Positions 21,627 through 30,947 of a stretch of 64,000 nucleotides of DNA are shown here, in pieces (the stretch's first letter is position 1; every line of letters starts with the position of its first letter). Origin of the DNA: an uncultured bacterium (GTDB lineage Bacteria > Acidobacteriota > HRBIN11 > JAKEFK01); assembly GCA_963777505.1 (NCBI GenBank), contig CAVZQN010000006.1, positions 96,001 to 160,000 on the forward strand, given 5' to 3'. Below the pieces are notes generated by a model. The model did not search any database, had not been told where the DNA came from, and saw only the letters and a program-made list of their open reading frames with translations. The position numbers were made by a program, and so were the translations under genes.

Positions 21627-22889
21627 TTATAACACAGAAGTATCGTTTGAGGAGGGAGGCATTCGCAATAAGACTTTGGAAATTTTATTGCCATTCATTT
21701 TCTCAACTGCAAAATGCAATTCTCCGAAGTGAACCTGATCTCTTTCTGATGGAATTTTGTCCATCATTGAAATAAGAAAACCTGCGACTGTTGTATATGA
21801 AGAATCTTCCGGCAGATCCAAGTCCAGATTCTGGTTGAGTTCCTTTATCGAAAGATTTCCTTCCAGCATCCAGATTCCGTCAGTTACTTTTTGAACTAAT
21901 TCCACATCTTCATCATATTCATCGTGTATTTCGCCGATTAATTCTTCAATCAAATCTTCAAGTGTGACAATTCCATCAACGCCGCCATATTCATCGACAA
22001 CAATTGCAAGATGAGCGCGGCTGCGCCGCATATTCTGAAACGCAGTTTGAACTGTTGCCGACTCAGGAATAAAAAAAGGTCTGCGTAAATAATGCTCCAG
22101 CGTAAATGGCTCTGATACACCGAGCAGATCCTTCGCATACAAAATGCCGAGAATATTATCCAAATTTCCTCGAAAAACAGGGATTCGAGAATAGCCAGTA
22201 TCTTGAATAAACATCAACATTTTTTCTAAACGTGTATGGATTTCTATGGCTTTTACGTTTGGTCTGGCAACCATCACTTCACGAACGCGACGTCCAGTGA
22301 AATCGATGATTGTCAGGTTTTGCCGCTTTAAGTCTGGTTCAGATTTGTTCCTGCCTGCACTCAGAAACATTTTCATTTCATTGACTGAATATTCGGAAAA
22401 AATCTTTTGTCCATTGAAGCCGTAAAGTTTCAGAAATCGCGAAGCCAGGCGTTCAGCAGATTGTGAAAGTGGAATCAGGCGGTTTAATTTCAGTATCAGT
22501 TCAAATGGTCGCACAAGTGCAAATGCTGCCCTTTCAGGATTATGGACAGCCAGCATTCGGGGAACATATTCAAGGAGGATCAATACGAGTAAAACCAATG
22601 CCGGCGCGAGTAACCATTTCGATCCAAGGCTAATTTTCAGCATAGCCATGAGCGCACCAAGTGCAAGAAAAAACAGAGCGACGCCTGTATATTTCAGAAA
22701 CAATAAAACTGAAATTGACGCTTCAGGTGCAGCAAGCAATCGTAAGAGTTTGATTGCGCCGTTGTTGCCTTTTCGATGAAGTGATCGAACCTTGTGGTAT
22801 TGAACTGAACGCAGGGCGATATCCAGAAGAGTTACGCCAAACAAAAAGACAAATAAAATCCCGCAAAGGGAGGCTAATATTGCTTCCAC
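21627..22889 (-). CDS. Hemolysin/CNNM family protein (DUF21-CBS-CBS-CorC)
   Basis: TM N-terminus, VREVM, GYSRIPV, VVDEYGGVDGIVTLEDLIEELIGEI, TTVAGF. Confidence 0.9.
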   Translation of the reverse strand: MEAILASLCGILFVFLFGVTLLDIALRSVQYHKVRSLHRKGNNGAIKLLRLLAAPEASISVLLFLKYTGVALFFLALGALMAMLKISLGSKWLLAPALVLLVLILLEYVPRMLAVHNPERAAFALVRPFELILKLNRLIPLSQSAERLASRFLKLYGFNGQKIFSEYSVNEMKMFLSAGRNKSEPDLKRQNLTIIDFTGRRVREVMVARPNVKAIEIHTRLEKMLMFIQDTGYSRIPVFRGNLDNILGILYAKDLLGVSEPFTLEHYLRRPFFIPESATVQTAFQNMRRSRAHLAIVVDEYGGVDGIVTLEDLIEELIGEIHDEYDEDVELVQKVTDGIWMLEGNLSIKELNQNLDLDLPEDSSYTTVAGFLISMMDKIPSERDQVHFGELHFAVEKMNGNKISKVLLRMPPSSNDTSVL

Positions 22890-22896
22890 GGCTGGA

Positions 22897-23406
22897 CTAT
22901 TTTTTCTTCTTCATGCAATTGGAGAGTGCGCGGTCGAGCTTCTTTTCAATATCTTCTTCCGGAAGCTCCTGCACCTCCATCAGCTCGCTGACAATTAAGT
23001 AACGAGCTTTGCTGAACATCTTCTTTTCACGGTACGACAAATCTTTTTGGTTACTCAGGAAAAACAAATTCTTAAGCACCTCTGCTACTTCAAAAATAGA
23101 ACCACTCTGCATCCGTTCAAGGTTTTCCCTATACCTTCCCATCCAATTGTCATATTCGCGAACACTTCCATTCTGAAGAACTCGATATAATTTGAGGACC
23201 TCTTTGTCGTTTATCACTTTTCTCAAGCCGACGTGGGCAAGCCCTTCCCTAGGAATCATCACCAGAGAGTTATTCGAGCAAAGCCGCAGTTGATAAAACT
23301 GCATGGTTCGGTCACCCACTGATCGATCGTTGATATTCTCGACCACGGCTATTCCATGGTTTGGATAGACGACTTTTTCGCCAACTTTGAAATCACTGTT
23401 CAACAT
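22897..23406 (-). CDS. carD: CarD family transcriptional regulator
   Basis: FKVGEKVVYPNHG, GLRKVI, W..RY..N, LSYREK. Confidence 0.92.
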   Translation of the reverse strand: MLNSDFKVGEKVVYPNHGIAVVENINDRSVGDRTMQFYQLRLCSNNSLVMIPREGLAHVGLRKVINDKEVLKLYRVLQNGSVREYDNWMGRYRENLERMQSGSIFEVAEVLKNLFFLSNQKDLSYREKKMFSKARYLIVSELMEVQELPEEDIEKKLDRALSNCMKKKK

Positions 23407-23427
23407 AGAGGGTTTTGAGGATGATGT

Positions 23428-23436
23428 ATTGTAGCA
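23428..23436 (-). promoter_or_regulatory. Extended -10 element upstream of carD
   Basis: Minus strand TGcTACAAT about 21 nt upstream of the start codon. Confidence 0.4.
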
Positions 23437-23468
23437 TATTTGAGACTCTAACGAAAGTACGACAGCGT

Positions 23469-24239
23469 TTAAGATACTGTTTTAACAGGATTTCTGAGGA
23501 TATCTAACGCTTCAATTTCGATTTCGACAACATCTCCATCGTGTATCGGGGCAATTCCTGACGGTGTGCCTGTCGTAATTACATCCCCCGGCAGAAGTGT
23601 CATGATGTGGGAAATGTAACAAATAAGATATTGAGGGCTGAAAATAAGCTGAGATGTTCTTGAATGCTGTCGAGTCTGGCCATTTACACGAAGGGTAATT
23701 TCAAGATCTTCTGCGTTCACGCTAACTGTAATACAGGGTCCGAATGGAGCGAATGTATCGAATCCCTTCGCGCGCGTAAACTGAACATCTTTATCCTGTA
23801 AATCTCTGGCAGTGACATCGTTGAAGCACGAGTAACCAAAAATGCAGGCATTTGCCTCTTCTTCTGACTTTAGCTTGCTTGCAAGTGAACCGATTACAAC
23901 GGCGAGCTCGCCTTCCGGATCGACTCTGGAAGAGGAGGATGGAATTAGAATTGTTTCGCCTGATGCAATCAAAGCTGTAGATGGTTTCAAGAAAAGTAGA
24001 GGTTCTTTTGGAATCGGTTTATTGCGTTCTTCTGCATGATCTTTGTAGTTCAAACCGACACCAATAATTTTTGATGGAGATGTTGGCGTGAGAATTCTAC
24101 ATTCGGATGCAGGAGCTGAGTGTTCGCCCGAAATTGGTGTTTGCGGATTTTGCGGATCTACAAAATAAAAACGATCTTCCTGTAAAACGGCATACGTAGT
24201 TTGTCCACCTTTTTCAACGCGATAAAGTTGAAGTGCCAT
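23469..24239 (-). CDS. Fumarylacetoacetate hydrolase family protein
   Basis: KIIGVGLNY, FLKP, EGELAVVIG, NDVTARD, KGFDTF, GDVITTGTPSG. Confidence 0.92.
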   Translation of the reverse strand: MALQLYRVEKGGQTTYAVLQEDRFYFVDPQNPQTPISGEHSAPASECRILTPTSPSKIIGVGLNYKDHAEERNKPIPKEPLLFLKPSTALIASGETILIPSSSSRVDPEGELAVVIGSLASKLKSEEEANACIFGYSCFNDVTARDLQDKDVQFTRAKGFDTFAPFGPCITVSVNAEDLEITLRVNGQTRQHSRTSQLIFSPQYLICYISHIMTLLPGDVITTGTPSGIAPIHDGDVVEIEIEALDILRNPVKTVS

Positions 24240-24255
24240 TAGAAGTACTCTCCGT

Positions 24256-25119
24256 TCATGGGAAGCCCAGTAGTGCTTCCTTTGTTAGTTCTCCGCGGTA
24301 AATGAGCCTTGCGTCACCTTCCAAATACAGATCACGAAAGTTGCTTTCCTCAGGGAAGTAAACTGTAACTGGAATTCCAGATTGCGGTTCAAATGTTATT
24401 GGGGGAACTGTCTGATGTGTTGCATACGTGGCGATGGCTGAAGAAATGCAGCCGCTTCCACAAGCGAGAGTCTCATCTTCTACACCGCGTTCATAACTGC
24501 GAATTTTTACATAATGCCGGTCAACGGGTTCAATGAAATGAACATTCGTCCCTTCAGGTTGAAATCGCTCATGATTGCGGATTTTTCGAGCTAGCGGGAG
24601 AATGCTATGTTTTCGAATGTCTTTTACGTACATCAAGAAATGAGGTTCGCCTAATCGTACAAAATGGCCTTTTAGGGCCTGCCCATCTACAACAATGGGC
24701 ACATTTAATGTAAAACGGGAAGGGGAGACAAACCGGATTCGTACGGAAGATCCGATCACTTCCGCATCTATTACTCCGGCATTTGTTTCAAGATTCATTT
24801 TTCTACCAGCAATGACTGATAAAAATGCATAACGTACAGCACATCGTCCACCATTGCCACAGGTATTGAATTCCTGGCCATCAGGATTGAAGTATCGGAC
24901 TCTGAAAGTAGCTTTCTTTGAATTTTCAATCAGAATCAAACCATCGGCACCTACAGAATATCGGTGAGAACACAAACGGTTTGCAAGGATTGATGCTACA
25001 TGTGTGAATTGTCCGTTGCGATTATCAAGAACGATGAAGTCATTTGCAGAAGCGGAAAATTTTGAAAAAGAAATGCGGTCCGGCAATTGTGCGATGATTT
25101 CAAGTTGATCAGAGTTCAC
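24256..25119 (-). CDS. dapF: Diaminopimelate epimerase
   Basis: NDF, GADGLI, NPDG, TCGNG, ERGVEDETLACGSG (both catalytic Cys). Confidence 0.93.
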   Translation of the reverse strand: MNSDQLEIIAQLPDRISFSKFSASANDFIVLDNRNGQFTHVASILANRLCSHRYSVGADGLILIENSKKATFRVRYFNPDGQEFNTCGNGGRCAVRYAFLSVIAGRKMNLETNAGVIDAEVIGSSVRIRFVSPSRFTLNVPIVVDGQALKGHFVRLGEPHFLMYVKDIRKHSILPLARKIRNHERFQPEGTNVHFIEPVDRHYVKIRSYERGVEDETLACGSGCISSAIATYATHQTVPPITFEPQSGIPVTVYFPEESNFRDLYLEGDARLIYRGELTKEALLGFP

Positions 25120-26484
25120 TGCCTTCTTGCTACCTCAGAGGTTTCGTTCGATTTCTCGCTCTCATTTGCAACCGGAGCAGAATCGACTGCTGTGATTACA
25201 TAATAATACCTTTGACCTTGCTGAATGTCTCGGTCAGTAAAAGTCGTTTCACGAATCAGTTCGGAATTAATCTTTTTATAGTCAGTCCCGGCAGTAGTAG
25301 CTGCGATAAATGTTATAGCCCGCAACATCTTCCTCACTATTTGGTGCCCAGATCAAAACCATTCCTTCCCTGGCTGATACGACGTTCAATTCCTCTGGTG
25401 CTTTTGGAGCGAAAGTATCCTGGGGATAGATAAGAACAACATTGGAGGCGCTGCTTTCCTGCTGGCGTTTTTTATTTGAGAAATGCGCGCGGATAAAATA
25501 GTAATACGATTTGCCAAATTCAAATGAGGTATCTTTGTATGAAGTTGCATCGAGAGGTTCAGTATTGATCGGTTGTTCAGGAGCGAAGTTTGCGTGCGTG
25601 CCCCGGTAAATGTTGTATCGAACTGTTCCTTCCGGCACTGGTTTTCCTGCGACATCGGTAGTCACAGCATTCCACGTGATTTCCAATTCTTTCTCAGCAA
25701 GTTTCACTATGAAATTGGATGGCGGATTTGGAACTACTCCAGGAAAAAGCGCGGCAAATTTTGAGTATCCCGCTGTTTTGCCTTTCGTGTTATAGATTTT
25801 GGCTCCATAGTAAAACCAGTTTTGTAAGTCCTCTGAACCTTCCTGAAGGTTTACTGTGTCGGTAATCATGAATATTGAATCTCTCAGATATCCATCGATT
25901 TGTTCGCGTGAGAGTTCGATGAACTTTTCGCCGCGGCTTTCAAAATCTGCATCTCCGATTTCGCGTGCTTCTTCCTCTCGAACTGGTGCTGTTTGTGATT
26001 GTGTCTGAGTCTGACCAGTCTGCGTTTGGCTCGTTTGTGACTGTGTCTGAGTCTGTGTTTGCGCTGAAGGTTCTGTTTGAGTTTGTGGTGCAGTTTGCGT
26101 TTGTGTTTGCGGCTCCGGTTGTGTTTGTGCCTGGGTTTGAGTCTGAGGCTCAGATTGAGTTTGTGGTTGCGACTGTGTTTGCGGTTGAGTCTGAGTCTGT
26201 GGCGCAGTTTGGGTTTGGGTTTCCTCTCCGATCGGGATGCGTGCGTCTTTTAATCTATAGATTTCGATTCTATCAATATCCGCGAGGCCTCCACCTTCCG
26301 TGTTGTAAACGGGCATCTGAAAGAAAAAAATCATTTGCTCTCCCGATTGCCGCACACGTGGTTGGTTTGCACGATCAGGAGCGATGACAATTGGCGGAAG
26401 AGGGTTTGCTTTTTTGCCGCAATTAATAGCGAATGGAATAAGAATAGCTGAGAGTAATAGGAGTAGTGTTAAGCGATAGCGCAT
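25116..26484 (-). pseudogene. Fibronectin type III lipoprotein with Gln/Thr-rich linker; 1-nt frameshift near 25299 (probably an artefact)
   Basis: Lipobox FAINC followed by GKKANPLPP; Fn3 motifs W..., YNIYR, YKDT, YYYFIRA; the last Fn3 domain continues in the 25116-25337 frame (TTAGTDYKKIN...YYYVITAVD...NESEKS). Confidence 0.8.
25990..26220 (-). repeat. Coding low-complexity repeat (QTQT[Q/S/A/E]P-type units)
   Basis: About 77 codons almost entirely Q/T/P/S/E/A; period-6 nucleotide repeat visible. Confidence 0.85.
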
Positions 26485-26590
26485 GCGGTGTCAGTTGTCG
26501 GTTGGCCGCAGTCCACCGTGTTTTGTATGAACCCGGGCGGACAACTGGCAGTTTTGCTCCGTTGTAAGCTGTAACAGTGAGTGAATACTT

Positions 26591-27976
26591 TCATAGAATA
26601 AAACGGCTGAGATCCTGATCGCGCACAATATCCGCAAGCATTTTGTCTACATATTCCTTATCAATCAAGACCCTTTTGTTTTCTAGTTCCGGTGCGTTGA
26701 ACGAAACTTCATCAAGTAATTTTTCCATTACTGTATGAAGTCTGCGTGCGCCGATGTTTTCTGTTCGTTCATTTACTTCGGCTGCGAGTCTCGCAATCCG
26801 TTCAATGGCATCATCTGTAAACGTGAGATCAACACCTTCTGTTGAAAGTAATGCGCGATATTGTTTCGGTAACGCATTTTCAGGTTCACGAAGGATTCTA
26901 ACAAAATCTTTTTCATCCAGAGCATCCAGCTCAACACGAATTGGAAAACGTCCTTGAAGTTCAGGAATTAGATCAGAAGGTTTTGAAACATGAAATGCCC
27001 CGGCTGCGATAAACAAAACATGATCTGTTTTCACCATGCCGTAACGCGTGTTTACAGTCGTTCCTTCGACAATCGGCAGAATGTCCCGTTGAACGCCTTC
27101 ACGGCTGACATCAGGACCGCCATGCCCTCCATCTTTATTCGCAATTTTGTCGAGCTCATCCAGAAACACCATTCCGGATTGTTCAACGCGGGTGACAGCT
27201 TGTTTTGCAATTTGATCCATGTCAATTAACTTTTCTTTTTCTTCAACAAGAAGAGTGGCCAGGGCTTCATCCACACGCATTTTACGCTTCTTGGATTTTC
27301 CTGAAAACATTCCCGGAAGCATGTCTCTTAAATTGATGTCAATATCTTCAATTCCGGCATTCGAGAGTACCGAAAATGTTCCATGAGATTTTTCTTTGAC
27401 TTCAAGTTCGACTATTCGTTGATCGAGAGACCCTGCTCGAAGTTGGGCACGGAATTTTTCTCTCGTATCCTTACCCTGATTTTCAGCGTCTGTTTTCTCC
27501 TCAGTCGCTGCTGAAGAATGCGAAGAGGGTGGCAGTAACAAATCCAGCAAACGTTCTTCTGCATTTCGCCGTGCTGACTCTTTTACTTCTTCCATTCGCT
27601 CTTGCTTGAGCAGATCAACCGCGATGTCAGTCAGATCGCGAATCATGGATTCAACATCCCGCCCGACATAACCGACTTCTGTGTATTTTGTGGCTTCAAC
27701 TTTAATGAAAGGCGAACGAACTAATTTCGCAAGACGACGCGCAATTTCTGTTTTACCAATGCCTGTCGGACCGATCATGATGATATTTTTGGGAGCAATT
27801 TCTTCAGCCATTGCCGGCTCTAATCTTTGTCTGCGGATTCTGTTTCGTAATGCGATTGCAACGGCTCGTTTTGCTTTGAGTTGTCCGACGATGTAACGAT
27901 CCAGCTCTAGAACGATTTCTCTAGGAGTCAGTTCTTCGGCGGGTTTTTCAAGACGCGCAGGAAGGGGAATAGCCAC
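26591..27976 (-). CDS. hslU: ATP-dependent protease ATPase subunit HslU
   Basis: [56 protein letters not shown]. Confidence 0.98.
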   Translation of the reverse strand: MAIPLPARLEKPAEELTPREIVLELDRYIVGQLKAKRAVAIALRNRIRRQRLEPAMAEEIAPKNIIMIGPTGIGKTEIARRLAKLVRSPFIKVEATKYTEVGYVGRDVESMIRDLTDIAVDLLKQERMEEVKESARRNAEERLLDLLLPPSSHSSAATEEKTDAENQGKDTREKFRAQLRAGSLDQRIVELEVKEKSHGTFSVLSNAGIEDIDINLRDMLPGMFSGKSKKRKMRVDEALATLLVEEKEKLIDMDQIAKQAVTRVEQSGMVFLDELDKIANKDGGHGGPDVSREGVQRDILPIVEGTTVNTRYGMVKTDHVLFIAAGAFHVSKPSDLIPELQGRFPIRVELDALDEKDFVRILREPENALPKQYRALLSTEGVDLTFTDDAIERIARLAAEVNERTENIGARRLHTVMEKLLDEVSFNAPELENKRVLIDKEYVDKMLADIVRDQDLSRFIL

Positions 27977-27978
27977 GC

Positions 27979-28506
27979 TTATAACTCCTCAACCAGGATA
28001 TTTGAATTCGTATAAATACAAATATCTGCTGCAATTTTCATTGCTTCCACGCAAATATCTTTCGCGCTTAGATCCGAATAGGCTTTTAGTGCCCGCGCAG
28101 CAGCCAATGCGTAAGGGCCTCCTGATCCAATAGCAAGAATGCCGTCATCCGGTTCAATCAGATCACCGGATCCGGAAATCAAATAAGAATTTTCACCATC
28201 GGAAACGATTAAAAGTGCTTCCAATCTTCTCAGGATGCGATCTGTTCGCCAATCCTTTGCAAGCTCAACGGAAGCACGGCGTAAATTTCCGCGAAATTCT
28301 TCCAGTTTCGCTTCAAACTTTGAAAAAAGTGCCATCGCATCGGCGGCTGATCCTGCAAAACCGGCAATGATCCGATCGTTAAACAACTTGCGGATCTTTT
28401 TTGCGCCTTGTTTTACGACAATATCGCCGATTGTGACCTGGCCATCTCCAGCCAGGGCAACACGCCCTTTATGACGGACACAAAGAATTGTTGTAGCATG
28501 AAACAT
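27979..28506 (-). CDS. hslV: ATP-dependent protease subunit HslV
   Basis: MFHATTIL (N-terminal Thr nucleophile), [21 protein letters not shown]; ATG at 28506 preferred. Confidence 0.97.
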   Translation of the reverse strand: MFHATTILCVRHKGRVALAGDGQVTIGDIVVKQGAKKIRKLFNDRIIAGFAGSAADAMALFSKFEAKLEEFRGNLRRASVELAKDWRTDRILRRLEALLIVSDGENSYLISGSGDLIEPDDGILAIGSGGPYALAAARALKAYSDLSAKDICVEAMKIAADICIYTNSNILVEEL

Positions 28507-28568
28507 TGGATGAATTTCCAATCAGGCAGGAACGCAATCTGCTGCGCACCCGGTTTGAGTGAACCAAC

Positions 28569-28597
28569 AATATAATATGGTGGTCATGCCTTGTCAA
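28569..28597 (-). promoter_or_regulatory. Putative sigma70 promoter of hslVU
   Basis: Minus strand TTGACA-17nt-TATATT. Confidence 0.7.
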
Positions 28598-28656
28598 ACC
28601 ATTCTCCTCGACGGAGCGCAGACCTATCCTCGTTTCGTTTGCCTGGGTCTATAGCT

Positions 28657-28717
28657 CAACCGCCAAGACGCCAAGAACTAGAAATTCTTTTTGTTCTTCT
28701 TGGCGACTTGGTGGTTG
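28657..28717. repeat. Inverted pair of family-A repeats
   Basis: CAACCGCCAAGACGCCAAGAA (28657-77) vs TTCTTGGCGACTTGGTGGTTG (28697-717): 19/21 complementary, AT-rich loop. Confidence 0.8.
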
Positions 28718-28751
28718 GTTCGGAAAAACTGGCCGCACAAATGCGACCGAT

Positions 28752-28769
28752 CTGCGTGCCTTACTACAA
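28752..28769 (-). repeat. Family-B GTAG REP, partial copy
   Basis: CTGCGTGCCTTACTACAA identical to 21596-21613. Confidence 0.75.
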
Positions 28770-28831
28770 ACTTGCCTAGAAATGACAAACAAATGAGGTT
28801 ATGATTAAGAAAATTTTCAGAAGGGGTAAGT

Positions 28832-30947
28832 ATGGCCACTCCTGTCTTAGATGAACCTGAAATAGCTGCACCGCATCAACCTTATATCCCAGCCGAAACC
28901 AAAATCCCGGAACTCACACCAAAAGCTCTAATTCTTGGAGCACTCTTTGGAATGTTATTTGGAACAGTATCCGTGTATTTGGGGCTCAAGGTAGGTTTAA
29001 CCGTAAGCGCATCCATTCCGGTCGCTGTACTGGCAATTACGATCCTGAAAAAATTAGGTGGCTCCACAATTCTTGAAAACAATATTGTTCAGACGATCGG
29101 ATCGGCAGGAGAATCAATTGGAGCCGGTGTTGTTTTCACAATTCCTGCGTTCATCTTTCTTGGGTTTCCCCTTGAAATCTCGCGCGTTTTCTTTCTTGCA
29201 TTAGCTGGCGGATGTTTGGGTGTTCTTTTCATGATCCCATTGCGCAGAGACTTGATTGTTCGTGAGCATGGGAAATTGAAATATCCCGAAGGCACTGCTT
29301 GCGCCGAAGTGTTAATCGCGGGTGAGCGCGGCGGTTCAATGGCCCAAAATATTTTCATTGGTCTTGGCGTTGGAATTCTTTACAAAATTTTGTACGAAGC
29401 AATAAAGATCTGGCGCGGTACGACTGAATGGAAAGCGAAATTTTTTCCAGGAGCCTCTGTTGCTATTGAAGGTTCTCCTGAACTTCTTGGCGTTGGTTAC
29501 ATCATTGGGTTCCGGACTGCCTCCGAAATGTTTGCCGGCGGATTACTTTCCTGGATCGTAATCATTCCGTTCGTTCATTTCTTTGGCCAGCACATTCCCG
29601 AAGCGCTGTATCCCGGAATTGTTCCAATCAAGGACATGGGTTCATACGATATCCGAAATGCATATGTAAATTACATCGGTGCTGGTGCCGTAGCAGCGGG
29701 CGGAATTATAAGTTTGATTAGAGCTCTACCAATCATCATAAGCTCGTTCAAGGCGAGCTTTGCTGAAATGACTCGATCGCGCTCCGGCGAACGGATTGAG
29801 AAAAGCCGGGTCAATCAAGACCTTTCGATGACGGTCGTTGTGATTGGATCCCTCTTTATGATCCTTGTGATCTGGGCGATTCTTCAATTCAGAATCAATC
29901 CAGAATACGTTGCAGGAAATCTTGTCGCATCAATCCTTGTTGTGGTTTTAGGATTCTTTTTTGTTACAGTTTCATCCCGCCTTGTTGGATTGCTCGGCTC
30001 TTCATCAAACCCGATTTCAGGAATGACGATCGCAAGTTTAATTGCGACATGTCTGCGTTTTTCTTGCTGTTGGCTGGACGGGCCACACATTCATGGCCGT
30101 CGCACTCAGCATCGGCGCGGTTGTTTGTGTTGCTGCGGCAAATGCAGGAGCCACTTCGCAGGATTTGAAGACAGGTTACATTGTGGGATCGACTCCGAAA
30201 AATCAACAGATTGCTTTGATTGTTGGAGTTCTCGCTTCAGTGGCGATCGTTGGTTATTCAATGACCTGGATCAATCAGAAGTATACGAAAGAAGTTCCTG
30301 TTTCAATTCCTTCGTTCAATGTGACTGAGCATACAGTGGATAAAAACCGTCTGATTGATTACAAAGGCAGCCAATACATTCTTTATACTTCAATCGGCGA
30401 TTCTAAAATTCCGGATGGTGACTATTTTATTGATCCTGCAGACGGCCAAATAAAATTCCAGCGACAGTATGGAATCGGCAGTGAAAGACTGCCTGCGCCG
30501 AAAGCCAATATCATGGCTTCTTTGATTAAAGGATTGCTGGATCAAAAACTTCCATGGGCTCTTGTTTTGTTGGGAGTATCCATTGCCATCATTGCCGAAC
30601 TTTGCGGCATTCAAGTTCTTTCCTTTGCTGTTGGCGTTTACCTGCCTGTTTCAACAAGTGCGCCGATTTTTGTGGGCGGATTAGTTCGTCACCTTATTCA
30701 GAAAAAGACAGGCATGACTGAATCGGAAATTGATTCAGGACGTGGAACTCTCTATAGTTCAGGACTCATCGCTGGCGGTGCGCTTGCTGGTCTGGCACTT
30801 GCGGCAATCACTGGTTTCGATATCGAACATACGGTTGGGATAGGTCCTAAAATCTCAGAGTGGTTCGCGAATAACAATGTGATTGGGTTGGCGATTTTCG
30901 GGTTCCTTGCTTATTCGCTCTTTAATTTTGGAAAAAAGAAACTGTAG
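28832..30947 (+). pseudogene. OPT family oligopeptide transporter; 1-nt frameshift near 30056 (probably an artefact)
   Basis: YLGLKVGLTVSASIP, ENNIVQT, YPEGTACA, GSSSNPISGM in frame 1; SQDLKTG, PAPKA, FAVGVYLP, SSGLIAGG in frame 2. Confidence 0.9.

Noticed and set aside
25965-26387. 140-aa hydrophobic + strand ORF; possible CRISPR-like periodicity
   Set aside because: Antisense shadow of the Gln/Thr repeat; no repeat-spacer structure and no cas genes
28645-28740. tRNA-like fragments (GGGTCTATAGCTCAA ... GGTTCG)
   Set aside because: No anticodon arm, the T-stem does not close and the acceptor stem does not pair; better explained by the repeat mosaic
28591-28779. 62-aa ORF in the hslV-OPT gap
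   Set aside because: TTG start overlapping the hslV promoter, composed of repeat elements, no recognisable motif
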